A stretch of DNA of 64,000 nt from Squalus acanthias (lineage: Eukaryota). The first letter of the stretch is position 1. Each line of letters begins with the position of its first letter. This document shows positions 1 to 11,844 of this stretch, in pieces. The notes beneath the pieces were generated by a model. That model saw only the letters and a program-made list of their open reading frames with translations. It searched no databases and was not told where the DNA came from. The position numbers and the translations under genes are program-made. The stretch is taken from NCBI GenBank assembly GCA_030390025.1, contig CM059443.1, positions 25,296,001-25,360,000 on the forward strand, written 5' to 3'.

Positions 1-530
1 GATGGTAGCAGACTTCAAGAGGACATAGGCAGACAGATGGAAGTTAATGCAGAGAAGTGTGAAGTGATGCAATTTGGGAAGAGTGGCAGGGCCTTGGCGA
101 GGGTGCAGCAGAGGAGATTTCAGAATGATGCCAGTGATGAGGGACTTCAGTTATGTGGAGAGACTAGAGAAGGTGGGATTACTCTCCTTGAAGCAGAAGG
201 CAAAGGGGAAATTTAAGGTGTCTAAAAATTATGTGGGGTTTTGATGGAGTAAGTAAGGAGAAACTGTTTCCACTGGCAGGTAAGTCGGTAACCAGAGGAC
301 ACAGATTTAAGATAATTAGCAAAAGAACCAGGGGGGAGCTGAGGTTTTTTTTACGCAGCGACTTATGATCAGAATGCGTTGCCTGAAGGGGCGGTGGAAG
401 CAGATTCAATAGTAGTTATTAAAAGGGAATTGGATTTATACTTGAAAAGGAAATATTTGCAAGGCTATGGAGAGAGCAGGGGACAGGACTAATTGGCGAG
501 CTCTTTCAAAGAGCAGGCTCGATTGGCGGC
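1..530 (+). mobile_element. Degenerate CR1-type LINE 3' fragment
   Basis: Decayed aagtgtgaagtgatgca...ttttacgcagcga segments resemble the 3' part of the CR1 at 41410-43120. Confidence 0.75.
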
Positions 531-855
531 CTCCTGTAAGATACTGTGTTGGTGTAATTGAAGGGTTACTCTGATTTTTTTTTTACTGCCTATACACAGA
601 TGCATTGAGAAAATGAACACTAATGAGTTTATAAAGACAGTGGTTAAATTGGGCATTGCAATTAGATATTGCCACTTAATGTTTGGTTTTTCAGTCTATT
701 CTAACTTAGTGTCTCTCCTTCCTTCCCTCGTAGCAACAACCCAAAATTAAAAAAACTTGTGTTCTGTGTGACTTTCTAACTGACTGACTGAATAATTATA
801 GTCTGTAGAAATGACTAAGTAGTGTGTCTTGATTAGAAAACCACGTAATCAAACA

Positions 856-1932
856 TCCACTAACCCCACAGCTACCTGGACTACACTTCCTCCCACCCGC
901 TTCCTGTAAGGACTCTATTCCATTCTCCCAGTTTCTCTGTCTCCGCCGCATCTGTTCTGATGGTGCCACCTTCCATACCAGTGCTTCTGATATGTCTTGC
1001 TTTTTTCTCAACCGAGGATTCCCCTCTACCGTGGTTGGCATGGCTCTCGACCGTGTCCGTTCCATTTCCCGCACTTCTGCTCTCACCCCTTCTCCCTCCC
1101 AGAACCATGATAGGGTTCCTCTTGTCTCACCTTTCACCCCACCAGCCTCCACATTCAACAGATCATTTTCCACCACCTCCAACGTGATCCCACCACCGAA
1201 CGCATCCTCCCCTCCCCTTTTGGCATTCCAAAGGGACCGCTCCCTCTGCAACACCCTGGTCCACTCTTCAATAGCCCCTCCCCTACAGCACCGTCCCATG
1301 CAAGCACAGGAGATGCAACACCTGCCCTTTTACCTCCTCCCTTCCCACTGTCCAGGGCCCCAAACACCCCTTCCAGGTGCAACAGCAATTTACTTGTACT
1401 TCTTGCAATTTAGTATACTGTAGTCGCTGCTCATTACGCGGTCTCCTACATTGGAGACCAAATGCAGATTGGGTGACCGCTTTGCGGAATACCTTCGGGT
1501 CGCTTGTCACTAATTCTCCACTCTACTCCCACTCTGACCTCTCTGTCCTCGGCCTCTTACACTGTTCCAATGAAGCTCGACATAAGCTTGAACAGCACCT
1601 CATCTTTCGATTAGGCACTTTACAGCCTTCTGGACTCAACATTGAGTTCAACAATTTCAGACTATAACCCTGGCCCCTACTTTTTTTTTCAGGCAGCTGC
1701 TGTTAATTCTGCCATCTCCATTTGCAACATTTAATCTCTCCTTCCTTCCATCCTAGCACAGACCGTCCCTTTTATTCCTCCACCCCTTTCCCTGCCTCTG
1801 CACCTGCTTAAAACCTGTTACATCCCTAACTTTTTCCAGTTCTGACGAAGGGTCACAGGCCTGAAACGTTAACCCTGTTTCTCTCTCCATGGATGCTCCC
1901 TGGCCTGCTGAGTGTTTCCAGCATTTTCTGTT
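856..1932 (+). mobile_element. Penelope-like retroelement fragment (RT C-terminus, GIY-YIG endonuclease and terminal region), frameshifted
   Basis: HSYLDYTSSHP..CKDSIPFSQF, FTCTSCNLVYC and EQHLIFRLGTLQPSGLNIEF are typical of a PLE C-terminus. Confidence 0.85.
1839..1873 (+). ncRNA. Minimal type I hammerhead ribozyme (Penelope-associated)
   Basis: gtt-CTGACGA-a-gggtc(aca)ggcct-GAAA-CG-TT-aac. Confidence 0.75.
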
Positions 1933-2833
1933 AATCAACTTGCTTGCTGCCTTTTCTTTGTCTCTGACGCTACCAATGCAGAAGCAGATACGACTGGCTT
2001 CCGTCTAGATGTTTGTGCTACAAGATGTAAGAATCTGAAGTAGTGGTGTTGAGCTGAGTTTTTTCACTGTCTTTGATAGAATTTTTTTCAAACTGAGTTA
2101 GTTCAGTTTCAGCTGACTGGTTTATGCCGATTCAAAATCTTGTGACAGGATGTTGAACAAGTTTTTAAATAAGGAACTGTCATAAGGGAAACATGGTCAA
2201 TGGTGTTTAATATTGCTAGCTCCCAGGGAGCCCAAAAATTGGTTGAAGGTGATTCTGACAAGATGGGATTTCAAAAGTCTAAAGCATGGGAATTTCATCT
2301 GCCTTTATAAACCAAGAGATGGTAAAGCTTTAGAAGACCACCAGTTTCCAGCTTTAATGTTGGTATCTGAATTAATGCACTAGGACAGAAGTGTTTTCAC
2401 CAATCTCAACCAAGGTTTGAAAACCTTGATCACCTTGTGTAGTGTTGGGATCCAAGGCTGTTTTGGCTCTTTTTTAAAGTTAGTTGGATTTCAAAAACTG
2501 CTCCTTGGTGAACAAAGGGAATATATTTTGTTTTGGCAAGACTGCGAAATACTGAGTTTTAGCACAGTAAATTCCTCTAACATTGTATTTGTCTAGAGTG
2601 CAAAATTGCAGTTGTTTGTTTAGTCTGATGCAAGTCCCAGCTATTAAAACCTCCCCCTGCCCCTTGTACTTTGATGCAATACAAGTATAACCAAGCTTTT
2701 TTACTTTGTGCTGTGCAAATACCAGTAACTGCCCTGAGAAGTGGTTATGCTTTCAGTGCATGCATCTGTTAATATGCCCTGTGTCGTCTCCAAACAAATC
2801 AGCAGCAGTCTTTTAAATCTTGTTTTTTTTTAG

Positions 2834-2978
2834 GGGATTTGTTTCCATCATCACAAACGTGGCCTCCAAATGAGGAAAGACTTCCGTAAACTACGCTCAG
2901 CTTGCTCACATGTATACCCAGTATGCTGACGCAGGTTTACGGATTTTGGGTTTCCCCTGCAATCAGTTTGGCAAGCAG
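2834..2978 (+). CDS. GPX4: GPX4 exon 3 equivalent (145 nt), containing the Sec codon TGA at 2871-2873
   Basis: tttttag acceptor and CAG/gtaagc donor; encodes NVASK-U-GKT and FPCNQFGKQ. Confidence 0.97.
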
Positions 2979-5900
2979 GTAAGCTATGGGGAAAATGCCG
3001 AAAGTTGAACATGCAATGTATGCGGATTTCTTGCGCATTTCCATCCTGTTTGTATTTTAATGATTTGAGTTGGGAGTTTCCTGATGGATAGTCCCAATGA
3101 AGGATAAATTTCAGTGGCTTACTGTCCTTCCATAACTTTTTTTTAAGCCAGGTGAAAAGAAATTGCCTCCATTCAGAAGTCTTGACTTTCCATCATCTTT
3201 CACAGAATCTTTTATTCTTGCATAGTTTAAAATACTGTGCCAACAACTATTTAAATTTGGTCCAGAATTTTAGGAAGTTAGGGTTTGTAAGTTGTCATTA
3301 CATTTCTGCTTTGAACCTAGTTTGAACTGAATGAACTATTTAAAATCATAGACGTGGTGTAGTCTTGAGTAGTTAATGATTTCTAAACACTAAAGAAATG
3401 TCATCCTTTTTTGCTTCCCCCACCCTGTGCTCGCATGTTGTCCACATACAAGATGCACTCCAACAAATCCTTGATGTAAATCTTTAGTTACTAAATTTCG
3501 ACTATTATATTTGGGACACTACTGCAGTCTGATGTATAGAAAGCTGAATTGAATTCAAATTTTCTAGTTTGAATTAATACATCTTGAAATGCTGTCATTT
3601 ATTTCCAGGAGCCTGGAAATGAGGAAGTAATTAAAGAGTTTGCAAAAGGTTACAATGTAAAGTTCGACATGTACAGTAAAATCGATGTAAATGGGGATAA
3701 TGCCCACCCTCTCTGGAAATGGATGAAGGAGCAGCCCAAAGGGAAAGGGCTCTTGGGAAAGTAAGTATAAATCAATAAGTAACTGTACCCAATTTAAATG
3801 AGGAATGGAACGTTCTTTTTAGTAAGTGTGGAATCTTTCTTGCATGGGAGGTTGACGAGATTAGAATGATTGTTTCCTCCCTCCCCTCCCCCACCCTAGT
3901 TCCGTGTTTCAGTTCTAGAGACGATGGCAACTCCTGAAGTGGTTATGGACACTTTCAACCCAAAGTGTGGTGGTATCTTAAAATTGACATGGTGTGCTTA
4001 AGAAGCTAAATCTCTGGTTCGAAGAGTGTTAAGCCCCTTAAAGGTGTGCTACCCTGTTCACTTGATTTTTTTAAACTTCCATCAGTTTGTCAGGATAATT
4101 GGATAAACATGTTCAATGTGGAATTGTCACAACTCTCATTAACCTCTGCATGATGTGTCTTCAAGGAAATCTAAGGCTTTCACTTTTCTTTTACAGTGCC
4201 ATTAAGTGGAACTTCACCAAGGTATGGCAGCTAGTTGCTCTAATATCCATTGTGTACATATTTCTACAGAACTTACAGTAAAACATTCCAGTTTTGAATT
4301 TTTATATTTATGCTTTCAAGATTTAACATACAATGATCCCAGGTGACTTGCTAACATTTTCCCCCTCTTCTTTCTAGTTTCTGATTAACAAAGAGGGTCA
4401 GGTTGTCAAGAGGTATTCTCCCATGGATGACCCTGTGGTAAGTAAATTGAAACCAACCTCTTCATGTGAACTGTATTCATGCAACTTTAGGATGGGTGGT
4501 CAATAGACCATCTACAGACCCAATCTGTACAGCTGGAAGTCTTTGGTTTGAAGTAGCAACCAAATTGAAGCCTCATACTAGCACTCTGTTTTGAAATGGC
4601 TACCACGTTTGTGTTGTCCCACACGAGTGTTCCAGATTACTTTCAGCAAGCTTTTTTGTTTCCATGTGAAGTATATTGTCCAGGATCGGTTTTTGATCGA
4701 TAGATGCTTGTGCAAAAGTTAAAATCAAAGTATTTCTAGTGGTCTCTAATAGAAAAAGAATTGACTTTGTTGCATAAATGTCTGGTGCGAAGAAAACTAG
4801 CATGTCTAAGTCAATCCAGTGTAATAATTGAAAGTGACTTGTAGCAGCTGACTTGGTTTCCGTTCACCTGCTGCAGCATAATCCATGTCTATATGGCTAA
4901 AGTCATTTGAAATAAAATTCCCCAAAAGGAATAAGTATTCTAAGGGGTATAATGACATGCTGTGCTACTGTTGATGTCTTTATGAACTCTTTATCCACAA
5001 ACACTTGAAGCTCCAGCTATTATATTGGGGATGGGGTTTCTCCTTGTGCCCTCCCCCACTCCTGGAAAGTGCTAATGTATGGTTTCATGGGCACTAGTCA
5101 ACCTCCTGGGAGCTCACCCAAACGGCGCTTTGTGTGGGAGCTCCTGGCAGGCTAGTTGATTGGCTGCATCACATGGTGGCTGATCCCCGCACTACTTCTT
5201 CTCTGACCCTTTCCAGCAGGAACTGTCGTAGTGAGTGGAGGAATTCTAGTATGTGGGTTTTCTCTTCCTCCTTTCCCTTTTTTATAATTCCACCCTCTTA
5301 GCTGAAGAGCATTGATGCCAGTTGTAGCCTCTCGGGTGTTACCCTAGCAACAATCGGCACAGACCATAAATTGGACCTGGAGCCTCTTAATTAGTCTGGA
5401 TCAGCTACATGTTACATTGCCAAGTGAGCCATCAGGGGTTTGTATTTAATAGATTTATGGATTATGAAAAGTTCCTGTACCTCTAGTCCCCTTCTGATGC
5501 TGCATATGTGTAGAGTGACAATCAAACTTTTTTTGTTAATACCCAATTCAGTTTTGGGGAGGTTTTTTCCCTAATTTTTGCATTTGCAATGACTTCTGAT
5601 ATGCAAGCATAATTGAATGTGGAAACTAAGAGCAAAACGAAGTTTTCTGGTGTGAATGTTTTGAGACACTTTATTTCCCATTAGGGTTGTTGAGGACTTG
5701 ATTGCAAGTAATGAGGGTAGCTCAGTGTTCCTCTGTCCATGGGTTTCTGAATGCGCTGCAACGAACTCGCTTCTATGGTGTTTCCATGCGGAGTAAGCTC
5801 CTGCATTTGAATTTTTCTACTAATTCATCCCAGAAGAGATGCTTTAGTGGTCTGTTAGAAGGTATCGTAGTTTTGGCTTTGTATCCGGAGTAGAAAATCT

Positions 5901-8218
5901 TTGAGCAACTTAGTGCAGTGAGAGGCAAGAAAGACCAGCAGGCAACACAACAAAAGAATTGACAAAAGGGAGCAGAAAACCAAGTAACTAGAACGGACAG
6001 ACGCGGGACTAAGAAAATCAGGTAAAGGAAAATGGTACTTGGCTTGCGATCTAGATGAACATCTCTACATTCTCATTTATAATTATAAAATGCAAGATTC
6101 CCCTCCCTGGATGGAGTGACTTGAGTTTGCTCCACCCAGACACTGGTTCAGTGTAATCCTAATTCAGAATGGGGATATTGTCAATCCAAAGATGTTAATT
6201 TCTTTGGAGAGAAAGCACCAGTTAACATTGCTTTTTAGGTCTAGTTTGAGTCCATGTATACCAGCCCCATCTATTGTAGCTTCTTTAGTTTTTCTACTGC
6301 TGCCCTTGAGTTTTCAGACAGTGGGGACAGAAATTTGTATTTTGAGGTTTTATAAATGGCATGCAGCTGCTTACCTATTGGTGCAGGAAGCATTTCATAT
6401 CTCCATACTGACCGGTAACAGTGGGCTGTATTTTGCAACCCCCACAGGTGCATATGAGGTGCGCACGTGCCCATAGGGGCCGCGCAAGTTCCAGGTTTAG
6501 GCATGCAAAGCGCATGCGCTGAAACCCAGCACTTGCGATCTGTCAAAAATTCTCTTGACAGATCCTCCGCATCCTCGGGAGATGGGCCTCTGCGGGTGGA
6601 GAGTTGCGCTATTTGCACAACTTCCGCCCGCAGAATGCCTGTGCAATTCTTGTGCCTGGTAAAAGCAGGCGTAAGGCCTATTTTTACCAGCATAAGAGTT
6701 TAAATAAATTAAAATTTTATCACTCATTTATAAATTAAAAGTACTCTTCAAAAGGGTAAGTTTATTTTTAGCCCCATAAACTTTTTTCAATTAAATTTGT
6801 TTAAAATATTTAAGTGGCACTTTCATTAAATTAAAAATAATTTTAAATTATTTAATGTTTTTTAGGGGATCCCATTCATACTTATGACAGGTCCATATGG
6901 ACAGAACTGTTAAAGGTATGAATGGGGATTCCCTTTTATTGGTTGGGCCGGCCCACGTGATCCCAGGAGCGCCTACAATCCGCTTGCACCCCTGGGATAC
7001 GTGGGTCTCTGCCCGTGCGGACCCGGAGACGCCCAGGATCGCAAGCCTCCGTACCTCCCCGGGCCACCAGGTACTTTCGTAGACATTTTGCAGGTCGGAG
7101 GCATCCGCCCGCGGGAAGCCTCCGATCGCAAATGTTGGCCCAGTATTTTCAGTCACCCTTGTCACACAAATGGCTGAATGAAATTCTAATTGGGAGGAGG
7201 TGTTGAATTGAGGATGTATCTAATGTGCATTTCATTTTTAAAGTATCTTGTTTGTTTTGGTTTGACTCAAAAGCAGGTATTTGCTTGCAGCTGACGAGCT
7301 TTTTTCAAAAAAGTTTGCCCAATTATATGTCCATAGCTTCCTCCTTTTTATCATCTGCACACATGGGGTCAGTTTCCACACGGACACCAATTTTAATGTC
7401 TAACCGGCCTCTCTGCTGTCTGACAGTCAGACTTTGATGGATCTTTGCTTTCACCAGCTTAATGTGGGAAGACCCAAAGCCATTGTCTTCAGCCTGGCCA
7501 CAAACTTTGTTTCCTCACCACTACTGCAGGCTGAACCAGACCATTTGCATCCTATTTGACCCTGATGTAAATTTACGTGCCATAACCTCGCCACCAACTG
7601 ACTGCTTATTTCGGTGTCTCTCCTAATTTGCCTGTTTCAGTCCATCTGCTAAAACCCTCAATGCGCCTTTTATTACCCTCCAGACTTTGTTTTTTTTTTA
7701 CTCCAATGCTCTCTTTGCTAATCTCTCATCCTGACAGAACTGTCATCATTCATGCACAACCCATAGATTACTAGGTCTTTAATCATAAAATGGATTATAC
7801 TGCTGGAAAAAGTTTGGGAGGGTGGGGTCAGCATTGCAGCTATTTTTTTTTAAACTGTCTGGGTTGGACTGCAGAGCTGCGATTGTAACTATAGTTTGTA
7901 ATAGGCTTTTAAAGAAGCCCTGCCATCTGGTGGAATCTTTCAGGTTAGCAAATGGAAGCCTGTGCTGACTGGTATGATTACAGCTGACATCCACCTTTAT
8001 TTAAAAAAAAATACATCTCCAATCTGTTGGAGGTTGTCTCTCTCGAAATACAGTTGTGGGCACCGTTGTAGCCTGCTAATGACCACTGACCATTAATCCA
8101 GTCCTAGGTCATGAATAAAAAGTGATGTCAAGCAATAGGTTGTAATAAGTATTTGACATTTACAGTTTGTCTTTATTTCAAACAGGTGATTGAAAAGGAT
8201 CTTCCAAAATACCTATAA
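2834..8218 (+). CDS. GPX4: Phospholipid hydroperoxide glutathione peroxidase 4 (selenoprotein); 5'-partial, join(2834..2978,3609..3760,4197..4221,4378..4437,8186..8218)
   Basis: Spliced translation [137 protein letters not shown]. All introns are GT-AG with consistent phases, and the Sec/Gln/Trp/Asn catalytic tetrad is present. Confidence 0.97.
3609..3760 (+). CDS. GPX4: GPX4 exon 4 equivalent (152 nt)
   Basis: ttccag acceptor and gtaagt donor; encodes [11 protein letters not shown]...AHPLWKWMK...GLLG. Confidence 0.97.
4197..4221 (+). CDS. GPX4: GPX4 exon 5 equivalent (25 nt)
   Basis: ttttacag acceptor and gtatgg donor; encodes AIKWNFTK. Confidence 0.96.
4378..4437 (+). CDS. GPX4: GPX4 exon 6 equivalent (60 nt)
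   Basis: tttctag acceptor and gtaagt donor; encodes [20 protein letters not shown]. Confidence 0.96.
6423..7141. mobile_element. Non-autonomous DNA transposon with GC-rich arms and an AT-rich core, possibly PIF/Harbinger-like
   Basis: GGGC...GCCC ends with degenerate TIRs and AGT on both flanks. Confidence 0.55.
7410..7730 (+). mobile_element. Degenerate L2-like LINE fragment
   Basis: Segments resemble 21070-21350 (aagccattgtcttc, ggctgaaccagac, ctccaatgctctc). Confidence 0.6.
8186..8218 (+). CDS. GPX4: GPX4 last coding exon
   Basis: ttcaaacag acceptor; encodes [10 protein letters not shown] then TAA at 8216-8218. Confidence 0.95.
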   Translation: MIEKDLPKYL

Positions 8219-8277
8219 ATGACCAACAGCTGGTTGGAAATCAAACTCAATCTACTGAATTTATATCAGTTTTTCAG

Positions 8278-8357
8278 TCCAGGCCAATGATGGTCTGCTT
8301 TTAAACCTGTTGACACGTGGAAAAGTGGACCTGACAAATGTGATGTGCATACCTGGA
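8278..8357 (+). promoter_or_regulatory. SECIS element in the GPX4 3' UTR
   Basis: ATGA core at 8287-8290; helix II ggtctgctttt pairs with aaaagtggacc (11 bp including G-U); apical AAA; 3' TGA at 8332-8334; helix I tccagg/cctgga. Confidence 0.92.
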
Positions 8358-8489
8358 GGAAATTCTGATGTATATATTGTTTGCTTGAGTTTCTTGGCAG
8401 ATCGTTGCTGTATATTCCATTAACTTGCTTGTAATACTAAATTGTATAGAATAACTTGGACTGTTTTGTTGAATTCCTTGTTTATGGCA

Positions 8490-8495
8490 ATTAAA
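8490..8495 (+). other. Candidate GPX4 polyadenylation signal (ATTAAA)
   Basis: ATTAAA about 130 nt after the SECIS, followed by T/GT-rich sequence. Confidence 0.45.
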
Positions 8496-9689
8496 AACTG
8501 TTTCACATCAACTGGCTTTGGGTTGGATGCTTATTCTCTTGACCATGAAACAAAGTGGTATTTCAGACAGCTTTCCTCAACTGAAACCCTAATGTTCCTC
8601 CCGTTCCTGCAACTCCATGTTTGAAGCTCTCTTGCATAGTTTTTCTGTGAAATTTAAATGTACACTCATTCCAGAATGAAGCTGAAGTTAGTTATTTAAC
8701 TGAACTGTTTTTAAACCCTGTTTGTGCCTTTCTGATTAGTGTTTCTTTCCAAGAACCTTCTGCTCTGCCCTTGTTCAATTTTTCTTTCCCAGCATGAGTG
8801 AGACTTGCATAATTACAAGTTGATCGATCTCATTTTGGTGAACCAAGCATTTGCCTGGAGATGAAGCCTGTGCATCTTAAATGTTCTGAGTGGCTGTCTC
8901 TACAGTAATGCTAAGCACTCCATTTCCTAAATCACAAGACAAACTCTTAATTATGAATTGCTATTTTTTGGGTTTATATGAAGTGGCTTTATTTAATCTC
9001 TAACAAGTCACAGCTCTTTACAAAAACTACATTACAAAACTTTTTTAAAAATCCTACCTGTTATCACCACTCTTCACTTGGTGCCCAACACAACCACCAT
9101 GCAATGCAGTCCTGCCAGCTGCCAACCAAAAGTAAGTGCCCAAAAATCAAACCCCTTCCCATGGAGATAGTCACTATCACCCCCCCCATCCCAATAAACA
9201 TTGTGATTTGGAGATGTGAAAACTTCTCTTCCCTTCAACAGGATGGTAACACTACAGGTTCAGCAACATGCCTGTTGAAGACCTCCCCTGCTCTTCCTGG
9301 AGTGGGATTAGGCTCAGCTGCTCCTCTTGAACACCGGCACAGTTTCAGGTGAATCTTTTCAACCGGCACAGTTTCAGGTGTAACTCACGGCACAGCTGCT
9401 GAGTGTCTTGGGTATTTCCCCTCCCCCCTCTGCTGTTTGTGCAGATCCAGTTTGAGAACCACTGAATTATTCTTCCATTATCCAAATAGGGAGGGCTGCT
9501 GTCGTATCCAATTAGCAAATTACAATAACTAGTGTTCTGATGGGCCTTGGGCAATACTACATTACTGGCATATAAAGTTACTTCAGTTAACTGGGTGAGT
9601 GGGGTTATCTGCAGAAATGACATGAGTCACTGGACTCAAGAAAACCATCTGGTGCAGCCCAGAAATTTGAACTTAAACTTGGAAAAACT

Positions 9690-9943
9690 TCCTGTTTTCA
9701 TTCTCTTCTTTCCCTCCCCAATCCATCAATCTGTCTCCTCCCATCTTTCTCCCCCCCCCCCCCAAAACTTGTCTCTTTTTTTCTCCCCAACCCCTCTGGT
9801 TTCTCTTCTGCCCCATCCTTCCATATGCTCTCCCTTGCATAACAATCACTCTCCCCTCTTTATTTCCACTACCTGTTTCTTTTACTCATGTTCTCCCACC
9901 CACCCTTCCTCTTTGCCCTGTATCTCACTATCTCCCTCCATGT

Positions 9944-9982
<39 letters not shown>

Positions 9983-10375
9983 CCCCCCTCCCCCCCCCCC
10001 CCTGCCCAGTGTGTGTGTGTCTCTCTCTCTCTCTCTCCCAATCTGTCCCACACTCCTTTCCCCTCCCCTGGCTGCGTCAATCTCTTCCTTTCACATCTCC
10101 ATCCCTCTTCTCTCCCTTCCCCCCCCCCCCCCCCAGTCTTGTCCTTTCTCTGTACCACCATCTGTCTCCCATTCCACTCCGTACCCCCTTCTCTGCATCA
10201 ATCTTCCCCCACCTTTGTACCTCCATCTGTCACTCTTCCACGTTTCTCTGTACTCCCGTCTCTCCTCTCCTTGCACTCTCTCTCTTCCCCATTACATTCT
10301 CTCTACTTTCATCTCTCTGCTGCCACCTTTTCTCCGTCACTCTCTTCCCCAATCTCTCTCTACCTCCATCTTTCT
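9690..10375. repeat. Polypyrimidine low-complexity tract with (CT)n, poly-C and (GT)n microsatellites
   Basis: (CT)n at about 9947-9978, with poly-C runs. Confidence 0.9.
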
Positions 10376-11844
10376 AGGTTTGTTTTGATACCTTGGTAGG
10401 CCTTCAATCTAAATTTGTTATTAAACAACTAGGGCAAACTATTATTCTATATGGTATATACGTCCAAGAGAACTTCAGTTTACTGGTGTTTTGGACAGTA
10501 GGTAAATGTACTTCATGCATGTATACTTACACATCTACCATTCAGTAACCAAAGAAATAAAACACTTTTTTTGTCTTAGCATTTTACCAGCAAGCACATA
10601 AAGGTTAAAGTACACATGCATAGGCCTTTGAGTTGTGATCACCTGCTCAATCACTATTACTCTGTTTATTGCATTTTTGATTAGTAAATAAATGTCTGGA
10701 TTCCCAATTAGCCACATATGGTTAGTATGTATTGGACAGCAATGCTGTAGTTTACTCACGGTGTACTCACTTGCTCCTTAATGGTGGAACAAGCAATAGA
10801 CATCAAAAGTTTGTTTTCTGGGAGCCAAGGTTGCTGGTGAGTCATATTTCCAGCTATTTCAGGAAAAGTGGAGGGGGTCATCTACAGATGACTTACCCTT
10901 CACACATTATTCAACTCTGCACAACACACTTTTTCCAGTCTTTCCTCAATCTTACATTTGACTTATGTTTTTTTTATCTAAATAAAATTTAAACTTTATA
11001 TTTATAGCTTTCAAATGAGGATCTACTCAAATTAGGAAGGTTTTTTTGAATTCTTGTGTGTAAAAGTTAACTTTTTGGGAAGGAAAATAGCTTTGTTACT
11101 GGGATGCCACATGCAATGTGTGTGGCATTTGTACACTTGTTCCCACCCATTTAGTTGATGGTAGTTGCACACAAAGTAACCCATCAGCTGTATTATTGCC
11201 ACATGGTCAATAAGTCCTTGCAATGAGAACTATTAACTTGAAACTAGAAAATGCTTGTATTTAAAAACAATCAAGCATAATTTGTATCTGCATGTGAACG
11301 GTTGGCTGTACAGCTTTAAACCTGTAGACGCCATAGGTTTGAAAGATGACATCAAATTTGTGCACAATTTTTCTTTAGGAGGGAAGCTGTTTTAATATAC
11401 CTAGTTCCTTTTCCTGACTTGGTGAAATAAAAGGCAGAAATAATTAATTAGCCAGGAGTTCCTAAGGATACAGTTAACCACACAGACTTGGATCTTCTGA
11501 TACGAGTCTCCTTTTTGGGTCCAGTTCAATAAAACAAAACTCCTGAAATACTAACCTTCTGAAAGGTATTTTAAAACGGAGTTGGCTTTTGCTAGTTTAT
11601 CTTTCCACTATCCACACACCAAGCTTCCACTTTACCCAGAAGGACTGACATTCCTGAGAATGTCCTTTTAGTGGTAGCTGTCAGTGGATGCTGCACCCAA
11701 TGCTACTCTACATACCTTGTCTGTTTTCCTTAAACCTAAATTTTTATCTACTTTGTTCTGACACATAGCCAAGAGAATCCGGATTGAATTGGCTCAATTG
11801 CCCGACCAAATGGAAAGGAAAACTATGGGTTTAAAATTGGCAGA

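Noticed and set aside
530-2833. GPX4 exons 1-2
   Set aside because: No sequence encoding the expected N-terminal segment (F.AKDIDG..V.L.KY) was found; it probably lies upstream of the window.
2871-2873. In-frame stop suggesting a GPX4 pseudogene
   Set aside because: It is the Sec position, and a SECIS and intact splice sites are present.
2874-2885. ggaa-agac-ttcc hairpin right after the Sec codon as a Sec redefinition element
   Set aside because: It has only 4 bp and no spacer, which is too weak to support.
9547-10399. Several overlapping ORFs of more than 120 aa
   Set aside because: They are artefacts of CT-rich low-complexity sequence that lacks stop codons.
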